Source: Mobula hypostoma | Taxonomy: Eukaryota | NCBI RefSeq assembly: GCF_963921235.1 | Contig: NC_086110.1 | Location: 55,614,001 to 55,678,000, forward strand | Direction of reading: 5' to 3' | Length of the DNA: 64,000 nt | Shown: piece by piece, positions 24,000 to 37,654 of the stretch | Position numbering within the stretch: the stretch's first letter is position 1 | Layout: every line of letters starts with the position of its first letter | The notes under the pieces: generated by a model | Told to the model about the DNA's origin: nothing | The model's input: the letters and a program-made list of their open reading frames with translations, nothing else | Databases searched by the model: none | Position numbers and translations under genes: made by a program

Positions 24000-26090
24000 T
24001 GGGATGAGAATGTTGGTGGCAAGGTTAGTGAGTTTGCAGACGACACCAAAATTGGTGGTATTAGTGGACAGTGAACAAGATTATCTGAGAGTACAATGGG
24101 ATGTAGATCAACTGGAAAAATGGGCCCCAAGGATTTGCTGATGGAACTTTATCTATAGAAGTGTAAAGTGTTGCATTTTAAGGAGTTAAACCAGGGCTGA
24201 ATAGATACACTGGAGAATGCTGTTGAATAGTGAGGTTGAGGGGTACAAATGTGTAGTTCACTGAAAGTAGTGACACAGGGAGAGGGGGTGGTAAAGATGT
24301 TTGTTACGTTTGCCTTCATCAGTCAGGGCACTGAATGCAAGAGTTAAGACATCACGTTACAGCTGCACAAGTCATTAGTGAGAGCGTACTTAAAGAGTGA
24401 TGATTAGCTTCATTTGTCACATGTACATTGAAACAATGAAATATACAGTGAAATGCATCATATGACTCGAGGATGTGCTGGGGACAGTCCATCAATGCCA
24501 CCATGCTTCTGACACACAACATCACTTACTCACAACTTACTAACTCTAACTTGTATATCTTTGGAGCCTTTAATAAATTCCTGGAGCTGGAGCATCCGGA
24601 GGAAACCTACAGAGTCACATAGAGAAAATACAAACTCACTACAAAGCAACACACACAAAATGCTGGAGGAACTCAGCAGGCCAGGCAGCATCTATGGAAG
24701 AGAGCATCGCCAACATTACACCACAATGCCACTTGTTTTATTTCTGCTCACCTGGCTACAGGAAGGAATTTATTAAAGGTTCAAGGGTTCATTTATTATC
24801 AAAGTATACAACTCTGAAATTCTTCTTCTCCAGATAGCCACAAAACCAAGAAAGAAAAGAATGGCAGCACGATCATCAACCCCCTCAAATTCCTCTCAGG
24901 AACAGGCACATCGACCCCCAAGTCCCCCTCCCCCGCACACAAAAAAACGAGAAAGATCAGGCTTAAAACACAGAATACAAAACAAGCTATAATACTGGGG
25001 AAAGTCTGCAGTCCATGACCACATCCAAAACACAGAAAACCTGGGCAACATTCTCCTTCTCCTCACCAGCGATAAAAAAGCAGTTTCATCTCTCCATAAT
25101 AGAGTGATCCTACAGTGACAAAAAGACAGTCTCCCTCTCTGTAGCAGAGCAATCTCACCAGCGATTAGAAAGGCAGTCTCCCCTCCCGTAGTAGAGTGAT
25201 TGCACCAGCAATCAAAAGGCAGGCATCCCTCTCCAGTAGCAGAGCAATCTGACTAGCAATCAAAAAGCAGGCAGACAACACTCATCTTTCGCGATCATCT
25301 AGATGTTTCAATCTCCTTCGTCGCTTTAATCAGTGAAAATGGAAGCTTTAATTGGTGAAATGGTGTCAAACATCAGTTCGCAGCCTCCTCATCACGAGTA
25401 TTCTACTTGCTACCTCTGCTTCCCAGAATCCCCTCGTAAACTGCAGAGGGCAGAAATACTCAAACGATCTCCAAACTGCAAATCACAGGCTCCAATAGTT
25501 CCAGAATCACATTCAAGATGGAAAACAAATGTAAAAGACATAAAAGATGTGAAATATATGGTTTTGTGATCTATCCAGAAGATATTGATGCAGGTGCCAT
25601 ATTGAACGGAACTTCTGAATTCCATAAACTGGAAAGGGTGAAGAAAAAATTGGCAACTATGTTGTTAGAAGGCCCAGCTTGAGTTAAAAGAAGAGACTGG
25701 AATGGCTGGGGTTATTTTCTCCAGAACGTATGAGTCTGAGGCTTATAATTACTTGTCTTTATTATTTCTCATGTCTATGAGGGCTATGGATAAGGGGAAT
25801 AGTCATAGCCTTCCTTCCCTGTAGAGCAGTCTAAAACTAGACTGCATAGGTTTAAGGTGAGAGGGGAAATATTTAAAGGGGACTTAAGAGGCAAGTTTAG
25901 CACACAGAGGGCAGTGGATATGTGGAATTAACTGCCAGAAGTAGAGGTTGAGGTGGGTATAATTACATTTTTTTATAAAAGACTTGGACAGATACATAGA
26001 TAGGGAATGTTCAGAGGGATTTGAGCCAGATGCAGGCAAATGGGACTAGCTTAGGTAGTCAAGCACAAGGCCCTGTTTCAGCTGACTCTG
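24000..26090 (+). mobile_element. Old CR1 3' fragment interrupted by a SINE (~24400-24640), a Penelope tail (~24640-24710) and a non-autonomous element (~24776-25610)
   Basis: GAGTTTGCAGACGACACCAAAATTGG (FADDTK) and collinear CR1 segments resuming after each insert. Confidence 0.7.
25063..25272. repeat. ~45-46 bp diverged tandem repeat (~4.5 units) inside a non-autonomous element
   Basis: Unit approximately CTCACCAGCGATNAAAAGGCAGTCTCCCTCTCCGTAGCAGAGCAAT. Confidence 0.8.
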
Positions 26091-26214
26091 TGTACATCAA
26101 ACAGAAAGTGTTGGGGATACTCAGGATGTCAGAAGTCAAAGGGACAAAGAGGAATAGAGTTAACATTTCAGGTCAGTTGCCTTTCACCAGAGAGTTAAAT
26201 CAATTATCATTTGC

Positions 26215-26705
26215 TTAGTAACACACATAAAAGTTGCTGGTGAACGCAGCAGGCCAGGCAGCATTTCTAGGAAGAGGTACAGTCCACGTTTCAGGCGGAG
26301 ACCCTTCGTCAGGTCTAACTGAGGGAAGAGCTAGTAAGAGATTTGAAAGTGGGAGGGGGAGGGGGAGATCCAAAATGATAGGAGAAGACAGGAGGGGGAG
26401 GGATGGAGCCAAGAGCTGGACAATTGATTGGCAAAAGGGATATGAGAGGATCATGGGACAGGAGGCCCAGGGAGAAGGAAAAGGCGAGGGGGGAATCCCA
26501 GAGGATGGGCAAGGGGTATAGTGAGAGGGACAGAGGGAGAAAAAGGAGAGAGAGAAAAAGGATGTGTGTATATAAATAAATGAATAACGGATGGGGTACG
26601 AGGGGGAGGTGGGGCATTAGCGGAAGTTTGAGAAGTCAATGTCCATGCCATCAGGTTGGAGGCTACCCAGACGGAATATAAGGTGTTGTCCCTCCAACCT
26701 GAGTT
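26215..26705 (-). mobile_element. Penelope-like 3' fragment (second subfamily) with hammerhead motif at ~26280-26317
   Basis: Minus strand LRLEGQHLIFRLGSLQPDGMDIDFSNFR*. Terminus CTGACGAAGGGTCTCCGCCTGAAACGTGGACTG. Confidence 0.85.
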
Positions 26706-27149
26706 TGTTCACCTTGCTTACCTTGTAGCATGGTAAGGTTGAGACCAGTTCATTGAAGTGCTAGTGTTATCAAAGAAGAATAAGAAACTTAGGAAAAGGT
26801 GGAGAAGCAGATGACCTAACTTCAGAAAAGCTGGATAGTGAACTGTTTTAGTTGGACATGAGAAATAATAAAGACAAGAAATTATTTATCAAAGCGGCAT
26901 TAAGACCCTCAGAACACGATCTATATGATTGATCACAGCATTTACAGAAGAAATAATAGGATGTTTTTAAAAAGTTATGGCAATAGCCTTGAGAGATCTT
27001 AATCTGCACGTAGACTGGAAATGTCAGGTGGGCCAAAGTAGCTTAAAGAAAACACCAATCGTTGGGAGTCAATGTTAAAGTATAAGGAAGGTTAAAAGAA
27101 AAATTAGAGTATAAAGTATAGATAATCAGAAATAATTTATTTTAAATAA

Positions 27150-29432
27150 ACATAGAACATAGAATAGTACAGCACAGTACAGGCCCTTCGGCCCACAATG
27201 TTGTGCCAACCCTCAAACCCGGCCTCCCATATAAACCCCCACATTAGATTCCTCCATATACCTATCTAGTAGTCTCTTAAACTTCACTAGTGTATCTGCC
27301 TCCACCACTGACTCAGGCAGTGCATTCCACACACCAACCACTCTCTGAGTAAAAAACCTTCCTCTAATATCCCCCTTGAACTTCCCACCCCTTACCTCAA
27401 AGCCATGTCCTCTTGTATTGAGCAGTGGTGCCCTGGGGAAGAGGCGCTGGCTATCCACACTATCTATTCCTCTTATTATCTTGGACACCTCTATCATGTC
27501 TCCTCTCATCCTCCTTCTCTCCAAAGAGTAAAGCTCTAGCTCCCTTAATCTCTGATCATAATGCATACTTTCTAAACCAGGCAGCATCCTGGTAAATCTC
27601 CTCTGTACCCTTTCCAATGCTTCCACATCCTTCCTATAGTGAGGTGACCAGAACTGGACACAGTACTCCAAGTGTGGCCGAACCAGAGTTTTATAGAGCT
27701 GCATCATTACATCGCGACTCTTAAACTCTATCCCTCGACTTATGAAAGCTAACACCCCATAAGCTTTCTTAACTACCCTATCCACCTGTGATGCAACTTT
27801 CAGGGATCTGTGGACATGTACCCCGAGATCCCTCTGCTCCTCCACACTACCAAGAATCCGGCTATTTACTTTGTACTCTGCCTTGGAGTTTGTCCTTCCA
27901 AAGTGTACCACCTCACACTTCTCCGGGTTGAACTCCATCTGCCACTTCTCAGCTCACTTCTGCATCCTATCAATGTCTCTCTGCAATCTTTGACAATCCT
28001 CTACACTATCTACAATACCACCAACCTTTGTGTCGTCTGCAAACTTGCCAACCCACCCTTCTACCCCCACATCCAGGTCGTTAATAAAATTCACCAAAAG
28101 TAGAAGTCCCAGAACAGATCCATGTGGGACACCACTAGTCACAATCCTCCAATCTGAATGTACTCCCTCCACCAGCACCCTCTGCCTTCTGCAGGCAAGC
28201 CAATTCTGAATCCACCTGGCCAAACTTCCCTGGATCCCATGCCTTCTAACTTTCTGAATAAGCCTACCGTGTGGAACCTTGTCAAATGCCTTACTAAAAT
28301 CCATATAGATCACATCCACTGCACTACCCTCATCTATATGCCTGGTCACCTCCTCAAAGAACTCTGTCGGGCTTGTTAGACACAATCTGCCTTTCACAAA
28401 GCCATGCTGACTGTCCCTGATCAGACCATGATTCTCTAAATGCCTATAGATCCTATCTCTAAGAATCTTTTCCAACAGCTTTCCCACCACAGACGTAAGG
28501 CTCACTGGTCTATAATTACCCGGACTATCCCTACTACCTTTTTTGAAAAAGGGAACAACATTCGCCTCCCTCCAATCCTCCGGTACCATTCCCGTGGACA
28601 ACGAGGACATAAAGATCCTAGCCAGAGGCTCAGCAATCTCTTCTCTCGCCTCGTGGAGCAGCCTGGGGAATATTCCGTCAGGCCCCGGGGACTTATCTGT
28701 CCTAATGTATTTTAACAACTCCAACACCTCCTCTCCCTTAATATCAACATGCTCCAGAAAATCAACCTCACTCATATTGTCCTCACCATCATCAAGTTCC
28801 CTCTCATTGGTGAATACCGAAGAGAAGTATTCATTGAGGGCCTCGCTCACTTCCACAGCCTCCAGGCACATCTTCCCATCTTTATCTCTAATCAGTCCTA
28901 CCTTCACTCCTGTCATCCTTTTTTTCTTCACATAATTGAAGAATGCCTTGGGGTTTTCCTTTACCCTAGTCGCCAAGGCCTTCTCATGCCCCCTTCTTGC
29001 TCTTCTCAGCCCCTTCTTAAGCTCCTTTCTTGCTTCCCTATATTCCTCAATCGACCCATCTGATCCTTGCTTCCTAAACCTCATGTGTGCTGCCTTCTTC
29101 CACCTGACTAGATTTTCCACCTCACTTGTCACCCATGGTTCCTTCACCCTACCATTCTTTATCTTCCTCACCAGGACAAATTTATCCCTTACATCCTGCA
29201 AGAGATCTCTAAACATCGACCACATGTCCATAGTACATTTCCCTGCAAAAACATCATCCCAATTCACACCCGCAAGTTCTAGCCTTATAGCCTCATAACT
29301 TGCCTTTCCCCAATTAAAAACTTTCCTGTCCTCTCTGATTCTATCCTTTTCCATGATAATTATAAAGGCCAGGGAGCGGTGGCCACTGTCCCCCAGATGC
29401 TCACCCACTGAGAGATCTGTGACCTGATCTGT
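27150..29432 (-). mobile_element. Young 5'-truncated CR1 LINE; ORF2 (linker, RT, C-terminus) broken by one stop
   Basis: ORFs 29444-27954 and 27938-27213 are in frame (RMQK*AEKWQMEF). RT motifs DFSKAFD, GVPHGSVLG, FADD. Tail (TTCTATG)n at about 27150-27163. Confidence 0.95.
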
Positions 29433-31696
29433 GACAGATAGCAAGAGTTTCCATAGATATTAAAAATGGTGATAGTTCTGTAGCAGTTGAGTCTGAGGAA
29501 TTAATTATGGAAAACAAGGAGATGGCAACTGAATTAAACAGATACTTTGCATTGGTGTTCACTGTAGAGAATACAGGTGACATCGAGAAATGGCTGTAAA
29601 TAGAAATCTGTAAGAGAGAGAGGGGAAACCAGGAAAATTTCAATGACAGATTCATGGTACCTAAAAATCAGTAAGAATTGCTGGCTGACAAGTGTTTGCA
29701 GTACGACAGACTTATTCCAAGGTTTGTAAGTGAAGTAGTACAGTAAGTGACTTAAAAGAAAGGGGGCAGATGTCAGATTCTACTTTCTGCCCTCTTCATT
29801 ACCAGTCCTGATGAATGATCTCAGTCCAAAAGATTGACTGTTTATTCGATTGCATAGACACTGCTCAACTTGCCAAATTCCTCCAAGATTTCCAGCATCT
29901 GCAGAATCACTTGTTTACAATAATAAACAACATTTGGATAGGTAAGGATAGAAAAGGGTTAGGAGGACTTGCGCCAAAAACGGGCAGATGGGATTAGCTT
30001 AGATGAACATTTTGGTGTGGGTGAGTTCTGCTTGTTTTCATATGTTGTTATCTTAAACTCTGATAGGATTGGATTATATTCCTAGGGTTGAAGAAAATTT
30101 ATCTGCAAATGGCAGAGTGATATGTGCATCCATTTTCTTCAATCTCAATTTGGATTCAATTAGATTTTTTTTATTTTTAATTTACCTACTTTGAAATATT
30201 GTAAGTACAGAATTCTGTATTATGTATGCAATTCAGAATTCAGAATACCATGATAATAGATTCAAAGAGACTAACAAGTAGGATACGTAGTAATAAGACC
30301 TCTGTTAAGACCATAAGACATAGGAGCAGAATTAGGCCAATGCCCATTGAGACTACTCTGCCATTCAGTCATGACTGATCCTTTCTTCCCCTCCTGAGCC
30401 CCATTCCCCGGCCTTCTTCCCGTAACCTTTGATGTGGTGTCCAATGAAGAACCTATCAAGCTCTGCCTTAAATACACCCAAGGACCAGGCCTCCAAAGCT
30501 GCCTGTGGTAACAAATTCCTCTGCATTTCTGTTTTAAATGGACACCCCTCTATCCTGTCCTAGACTCCCCCACCATGGGAAACATCCTTTCCACATCTAC
30601 TCTGTCTAGGCCTTTGAACATTCCAAAGGTTTCAATGAGATCCCCCCTCATCTTTCTAAATTCCAGCGAGTACTGACCCAGAGCCATCAAACGTTCCTCG
30701 TATGATAACCCTTTCATTCCCAGAATCATCCCTGTGAACCTCCTCTGAACCCTCTCCAATGCCAGCACATCTTTTCTTAGATGAGGAGCCCAAAGTTGTT
30801 CACAAAACTCAAGGTGAGGCCTCACCAGTGCCTTTTAAAGCCTCAACATCACATCCCTCCTTTGCATTCTAGACCTCTTGAAATGAATGCTAACATTGAA
30901 CTTGCCTTCCTTACCACTGACTTTCCTGCAAGTTAACCTTTAGGGTGTTCTGCACAAGGGCTCCCAAATCCCTTTGCATCTCATATTTTTGGATTTTCTC
31001 CCCATTTAGAAAATAGTCTGCCCATTTATGTCTACTACCATTTTCCAACATTGTATTTCATTTGCCAATTTCTTGTCCATTCTCCTAATCCTGCTGCAGC
31101 CTACCTGTTTCTTCAACACTACTTGTCCCTCCACTAATCTTCGTATCATCTACAAACTTGGTAACAAAGCCACCTATTCCATCATCTAAATCATTGATAT
31201 ACCAGACCCTGCGGAACACAACTAGCCACTGGCAGCCAATCAGAAAAAGGTCCTTTTACTCCCATTTGCTGCCCTCTAAGAATCAGCCAATGGCATAACC
31301 ATGCCAGTAACTTTCCTGTAGTGCCATGGGCTCTTAACTTGGTAAGCAGCCTCAGATTTGGGACCTGAAAGTCTAAACATACAATATCCACAGCTTCCCC
31401 TTTATCAGTCCTACTTGTAATCTGCTCAAAGACTTCCAACAGGTTCGTCAGGCAAGTTTTTCCCTTAAAGAAACCATTCTGACTTTTTACTATCTTGTCC
31501 TGTGTCACTAAGTACTGCATAGCCTCATTCTTAACAATTGACTCCAGCATCTTCCCAACCACTGAGGTCAGGCTAACTGGTCTATAATTTCCTTTCTACT
31601 GCCTTCTTCCTTTCTTAAAGAGTGAGGTAACATTTGCAGTTTTCCAGCCCTCTGGCTCCATGCCAGGGTTCAATGCTTTTTGAAAGATCATTACTA

Positions 31697-32003
31697 GAAC
31701 TATGGGACATATCCTCAAGATTTGGGGGAGTAGATTTAGGACAGAGATGAGGACGAACTGTTTTTTCCCAGAGAGTAGTGAATCCGTGGAAATCTCTGCC
31801 AAATGAAGCAGTGGAGGCTACCTCAGTAAATATATTTAAGACAAGGTTGGTTAGATTTTTGCATAGTAAGGGAATTAAGGGTTATGAGGAAAAGGTAGGT
31901 AGGTGGAGATGAGTCCATGGCCAGATCAGCCATGATCTGGCTCATCAGGCCAGATAGCCTACTCCTGCTCCTATTTCTTATGTTCTTATCTTCTTATATT
32001 TTC
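31697..32003 (+). mobile_element. Short sense CR1 3' end inserted in the antisense CR1
   Basis: TMGHILKIWGSRFRTEMRTNCFF-like C-terminus and tail TTCTTATGTTCTTA. Host CR1 resumes at TGCCTCTACAATCTCT. Confidence 0.8.
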
Positions 32004-32030
32004 TTGCCTCTACAATCTCTACCGCTACAT

Positions 32031-32773
32031 CAGGGGGTCCCCACCCGTTTTTGCACCGCGGACCGGTTTAGTATTGACAATATTCTTGCGGACCGGCCAA
32101 CCGGTGGGGGGGGGGTGTTCTAGTGGGGTTAAACTCACCTCAACATGTCTTTTACAGTTAGGGTTGCCAACTTTCTCACTCCCAAATAAGGGACAAAAGT
32201 AGCAGTCAAATCCCGGGACACTTTGCCCCAGGAAAGACTACCATGACCATGAAGCCTTGCGTGGGCACCTGTGTGCGCATGTGATGTGCGCATGTGCATA
32301 CGCGCCGATTTTTTTCCCCCACGAATCGGTTTTGCCTTCATCTTTCCGACTATACTGTACATACGTTATTTCTACTTTATATAGGCTGTGTATTTATCAT
32401 ATCATTCCTGCTGTTACTATATGTTAGTGTTATTTGGTATGATTTGGTAGGTTATTTTTTGGGTCTGGGAATACTCAAAATTTTTTCCCATATAAATTAA
32501 TGGTAATTGCTTCTTCACTTCACGCCATTTTGGCATGAATGGTTTCATAGGAACACTCTACCTTAGCGGGGGAAATACGGGACAAACCAATTTAGCCCAA
32601 TATACGGGATGTCCCAGCAAATAAGGGACAGTTGGCAACCCTATGTTCAAGTTCAACAGTGCGTGCCAGGGAATGAGGATAGGTGCAGCTGACTCATATC
32701 GTTTCCTTACGGCCCAGTAGCACATGCTTTGCAGCCCGGTACCGGTCCGTGGCCCAGTGGTTGGGGACCACTG
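32031..32773. mobile_element. Composite non-autonomous hAT element (Charlie-like outer TIRs, inner TAGGGTTGCCA-ended element)
   Basis: TIRs CAGGGGGTCCCCACC / GGTTGGGGACCACTG. 8-bp TSD CGCTACAT/TGCTACAT. Inner inverted pair TAGGGTTGCCAAC (32159) and GTTGGCAACCCTA (32643). Confidence 0.88.
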
Positions 32774-35325
32774 TGCTACATCTTTCAGAACCCTAGGATG
32801 CAGTTCATCTGGTCCGGGTGACTTATGGACCCTTAGGTCTTTCAGCTTTTTGAGCATCTTCTCCCTCGTAATAGTAACTGCACTCACTTCTCTTCCCTCA
32901 CACTCATCAACATCTGGCACACTGCTACTGTCTTCCACAGTGAAGACTGATGCAAAATACTCATTTAGTTCATCTGCCATCTCCTTCTTCCCCATTATTA
33001 TTTCTCCAGCTTCATTTTCTAGTGACGCTATGTCCACTCTCATCTCTCTTTTAGTTTTACATACCTGAAAAATCTTTTACTATCCACTTTGATATTGTTT
33101 GCCAGTTTGCTTTCGTATTTCATCTTTTCCCTCCTAATGATTTTTTTACTTGCTCTCTGTAGGTTTTTAAACGCTTCCCAATTATCTATCTTCCCGCTAA
33201 TTTTTGTTTTCTTGTATGCACTCTCTTTTGCTCGTACATTAGCTTTGACTTCACTTGTCAGCCACGGTTCTACTATTTAGCCATTTCAGAATTTCTTCAT
33301 TTTTGGAATACACATATCCTGCACCTTCCTCATTTTTCCTAGAAACTCACACCATTGCTGCTCTGCTGTCATCCCTGCCAGCATGTCCTTCCAATTTACT
33401 TTGGCCAACTTCTCTCTCATACCACCGTAGTTTCCTTTACTCCACTGAAATACAGCTATGTCAGACTTTACTTTCCCTTTATCAAATTTCAAGTTGAATT
33501 TAATCATATTGTGATCACTATCTCCTAAGGGTTCTTTTACCTGAGGCTCCCTAATCACCTCTGGTTTATTACATAACACCCAATCCAGTATAGCTGATCA
33601 CTGGGTAGGCTCAACGACAAACTGTTATAAAAAAAACTATCTGGTAGGTATTCAACAAACTCACTCTCTCAAGATCTATTTCCAACCTGATTTTCCCAAT
33701 CGACCTGTATGTTGAAATCTCCCATGACTATCATAACATTTCCCTTTTGACACGCCTTTTCTATTTCCCATTGTAATCTGTGGTCCACATTCCAGCTACT
33801 GTTGGGAGACCTGTATATAACTGCTATCAGGGTCCTTATATCCTGGCAATTTCTTAACTCAGTCCACAAGGATTCAACATCTTCTGACCTATGTCACATC
33901 TTTCTATTAATTTGATGCCATTCTTTATCAGCATAGCCACACCACCCCCTCTGTCTACTTTCCTATCCCTCCGATACAATGTCTAACCTTGGACATTCTG
34001 CTCCCAACTAAACCTGCCTTCAGCCACGGTTCAGTGATGGCCACAACATCATACTTGACAATCTGTAAGAGTGCAACGAAATCATCCACCTTACTTTTTA
34101 TACTCGGTACATTGAGATATAACACTTCAAGTACAATATTTGCTACCTTTTTGATTCTGCATCCCTAATGCATTGGTACTCACCCTGCTGGCTGCACTTT
34201 TGTCCTATCATTTGACTGCCCTTCCTGACAGTCTGACTGCATGCTATCTTTGCTTTTTTTACCATCTGTCCTATCCTGAAACCCTTCACTCCAGTTCCCA
34301 CCCACCTGCCAAATTAGTTTAAACCCTCCCCACCAGCTCTGACAAACCTGCCCATGAGAATATTGGTCCCCCTTGGATTCAGGTGCAACCCATCACTTTT
34401 GTACAGGTCAGAGCTCCCCCAGAGGAGATCCCAAAGATCTAAGAACTTTGAGCCATATCCCCTGCACCAGCTTCTCAGCCACACATTTATCTGCCAAATC
34501 ATCCTGTTTCTACCCTCACTGGTGCATGGCACAGGCAGAAATCCAGAAATTACTACCCTGGAGATCCTGCTACTCAGTTTTCTGCCTATCTCTATAAATT
34601 CGCTTTTCAGGACCTCTTTGCTTTTCCTTCCTATGTCATTGGTACCAATATGTACCAAGACATCTGGCTATTCTTCCTCCCCCTCCAAAAAGATGTGGAC
34701 GCAATCTGAGACATCCCAGACCCTGGCACCTGGGAGGCAACATATCATTCGGGTGTCCTGTTCATGTCCACAGAATCTCCTCTCTGTTCCCAATTATTGA
34801 ATCCAGTTTCATGACCGCAGCCCTTTTCTCCCTCTTTCCCTTCTGCACCATGGACCCATGCTCAATGTCAGTAAACTGCTTTCCTTGGCATTCCCTTGGG
34901 AGGTCAACAGTATCTAAAACAGTATATTATTATTGGCCACAGGGGTGCTCTGCACTAACCGTCTATTCACATTTCCGTTTCTCCTGACAGTCACCCAACT
35001 ACTCGCCTCCTGCAACTTGGGGTTAAATTTGACCACTCCGATTGGATTGCAACTATGAAATATTACCCAGTGTTCCATTTGCTATAGTTACTATAAATCT
35101 TATCAGCTCTGTGATAAACAATATTGCTTCATTTACACACATGGCAACAATGCATTATTAGTAACATTGAGAAATATAATCCAAGAACAAAGACTGCTGT
35201 AATATTTGCAACATTTACTTTGCATAAACATAATGCTACGTCAATGCAGAAAATGGATGAAATCACGGGTTCATTAACAGTGCGCACTAGGTGAGAATAA
35301 CCATAAATAAATAAAAGGAGCCAAA

Positions 35326-36025
35326 ATGGCTGGCTACATCAGAAGTATGGATGCATTTAATTGCATACTGAGCAAATTGAGCAGTATTTTGAAACAAATT
35401 AAATGGCCAGTGCAAAGCAATTGCCAGTTTTGCTCAGTGCATCGGGGGAACAGCGTACAGTTTGCTGAGAAGTTTAACTGCTACAGCCAAACCAGCTGAA
35501 ATGAGCTTTGCTGACACCATGAAAGTAATGCAGGAACATTTAGAACTGAAGCCATTCTTGATTGTAGAATGCTTTAAGTTTCATTAAGGGAATCAAAAGG
35601 AAGAGGAGTCCTTTTCAACTTACATGGCTCAATTGCAAAGATTCTGAGCATTGTCAGTTTAGTAATGAGATTAAAGATGCACTGACAGGTTGTTTAGTTT
35701 GTGAAATCATACAAGAAAGCATTGAAAAACAGCTCCTAACTGAAGCAAAGAAGTAGCCAATAAGTACAGGTTCTGTAGCGATTTCAAAGTCACCATCAAC
35801 CCAGTACTAAAACTAGTTCAATACCCTCTGCCCAGAATAGAGGATATCTTCATAAGACTTTCTGGAAGGAAACGCTTCAGTAAAGTGGACTTAGCTGAGC
35901 CCAACCTACAGATGGAGACGGAAAAAGAATCCAAAGTGTTTCTCAACATAAACACTTCCAAAGGGTTTTATTGCTATAACAGGCTTACTTTTGGAGTAAC
36001 ATCTGCACCTCCATGCTGGCAGAAA
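35326..36025 (+). mobile_element. Ty3/Gypsy internal remnant: gag fused by deletion to an RT fragment
   Basis: AYSLLRSLTATAKPAEMSF...QEHLELKP (gag), then DFKVTINPVL...YPLPRIEDIF...FSKVDL...INTSKGFYCYNRLTFGVTSAP (RT). Stops and frameshifts present. Confidence 0.85.
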
Positions 36026-36039
36026 TGTATGTGCTATAT

Positions 36040-37480
36040 GGAATACCAGAACCCAGGAATATTGAAGCAGGAGTATGCCAGTAAGACCATCAAGCCTATC
36101 CCATCATTCAATACCATCATAGTTGGTCTGTGTTGATCTCGACTCCTCTTATGCACCAGTCCCTTGTAATTCTCAATTGCTCAATCAGTCATATCTCCAT
36201 CTTAAGTATGCCTTATCACCAGGCCTCCCACTCATGAAAACATCTCAAAATACATTAAGTTAAGCTGCAATTTAGATCCTTTGTTAGAAAAACATCTCCT
36301 CTCATTCTATTAAACTCTAGGGAGTGCAAACCAAAGCTGTCTAGCCTCTCTTCTTAGGACAAATCTCTCATTTCAGGATTTAACTTGATGAATCTCCTTT
36401 GGACTACTTTCAATGCTGCTATCTTTTTCTTGTTTAAGGGACCAAAACTGTGCAAACCATTCTAGGCGTGGCCTCAGCAACGCCCATACAACTGTAACAA
36501 AACTTTCCTCTTTTTAAACCCCAGCCCTTCACAAAAAAGGGTGTTTGCTGTTTCGACCTTCCTGCCTGCTTCCTGTGCTTCATGAACTAAAAAGCCTAGA
36601 TCCCTCTGAACCTCACTCATTTGCAGTCTATCTCTGTTTGGATAATAATCCACTTTTTGATTCCTCTTATTGAAGTGCGTGACATCATATTTGTCCACAT
36701 TAATCTCAATTTGTTAGGTTTTTGCTCTATCATTTGATCTATGTTTGTTGTCTTCTACTGCTGTAGCCTATCCACTTCACGGTTAAAAGTGCTGTGCATT
36801 CGGAGATGCCCTTCTGCACATAGCTGTTGTAATGCATGGTTATTTGAGTTACTGTTGCTTTCCTGTCAGCTTAAACCAGTCTGCCCATTCTGACCCCTCT
36901 CATGAATAGGGCATTTTTGCCCACAGAACTGCAACTCGCTGGATTTTTTTTTGTTTTTCAGCATCCTATGTAAACCCTAGACACTGCTGTTTGTAAAAAT
37001 CTCAGGAGATCAGAAATTTCTGAGATAGTCAAACCACCCTGTATGGCATCAACAATCATTCCACAGTCAAATCTCTTCCAATTCTGATGTTTGGCCTGAA
37101 CAACAAATGGACCTCTTGACAATGCATGCATGCTTTTGTGCTCAGAGTTGCTGCCACTTGATTGGTTCATTAGATATTTGCATTAGCAAGCAGGTGTACC
37201 TAATAAAGTGTCCACTGAGTGTATATATTCTGTCGCAGAATCACAATGGGCTCATCACCACATGCCCTTCCACCTATTTTTGTATCATTGGTAAACTTGG
37301 AGATATTAGATTTTTCTCCTCCCCCAGGTCATTAACATAAATAGTGAACAACTGAGGACCAATAGTTCATCCCTGTGGTTTTCCACTAACTACACACTTG
37401 CAGCCTGCAAAAGAGCCATTTATTCCAACTCTCTGTTTTCTACGTGATAGCTAGTTTTCAGCCTATGCTAATATACTGTA
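36040..37480 (-). mobile_element. Old CR1 fragment interrupted by a Tc1 fragment
   Basis: LQMSEVQRDLGFLVHE...VLLQLY (36474-36698) and collinear upstream RT-region DNA at 37225-37480. Confidence 0.65.
36750..37221 (-). mobile_element. Tc1-family fragment (one TIR plus HTH-region remnant)
   Basis: Terminus CACTCAGTGGACACTTTATTAGGTACACCTG next to TA. FDCGMIVDAIQGGLTISEISDLLRF..TAVSRVY is Tc1 HTH-like. Confidence 0.8.
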
Positions 37481-37654
37481 CTTCCTCTAAAGGACATCTG
37501 AAGGGTAGGCTTTTCACACGGACAATGACGAATACCTGGAATGAGTGCCAGAGACATTGATGCAGGAAGAAGTGCAATGTTTAAAAGAGACTGCAGATGC
37601 TGGAAAAACAGTGGTAAGATGGTAGTATGCTTGGTCAGGTGAGCGTTCTAGGTC

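Larger units (their letters stand above)
30306..35020 (-). mobile_element. Near full-length decayed CR1 (ORF1 SGNH esterase, ORF2 endonuclease and RT) with nested insertions
   Basis: VHIGTNDIG...DGLHLN (34314-34658), IYRSPN...MGDFN (33669-33869), LGDSDHN, KSPGPD and RT fragments in order, then the 3' tail at ~30306. Confidence 0.9.

Noticed and set aside
25063-25272. Repeat array superficially like CRISPR
   Set aside because: Eukaryotic context, contiguous units without unique spacers, no cas genes.
28158-29298. Several plus-strand ORFs of 73-130 aa
   Set aside because: Antisense shadows of CR1 ORF2.
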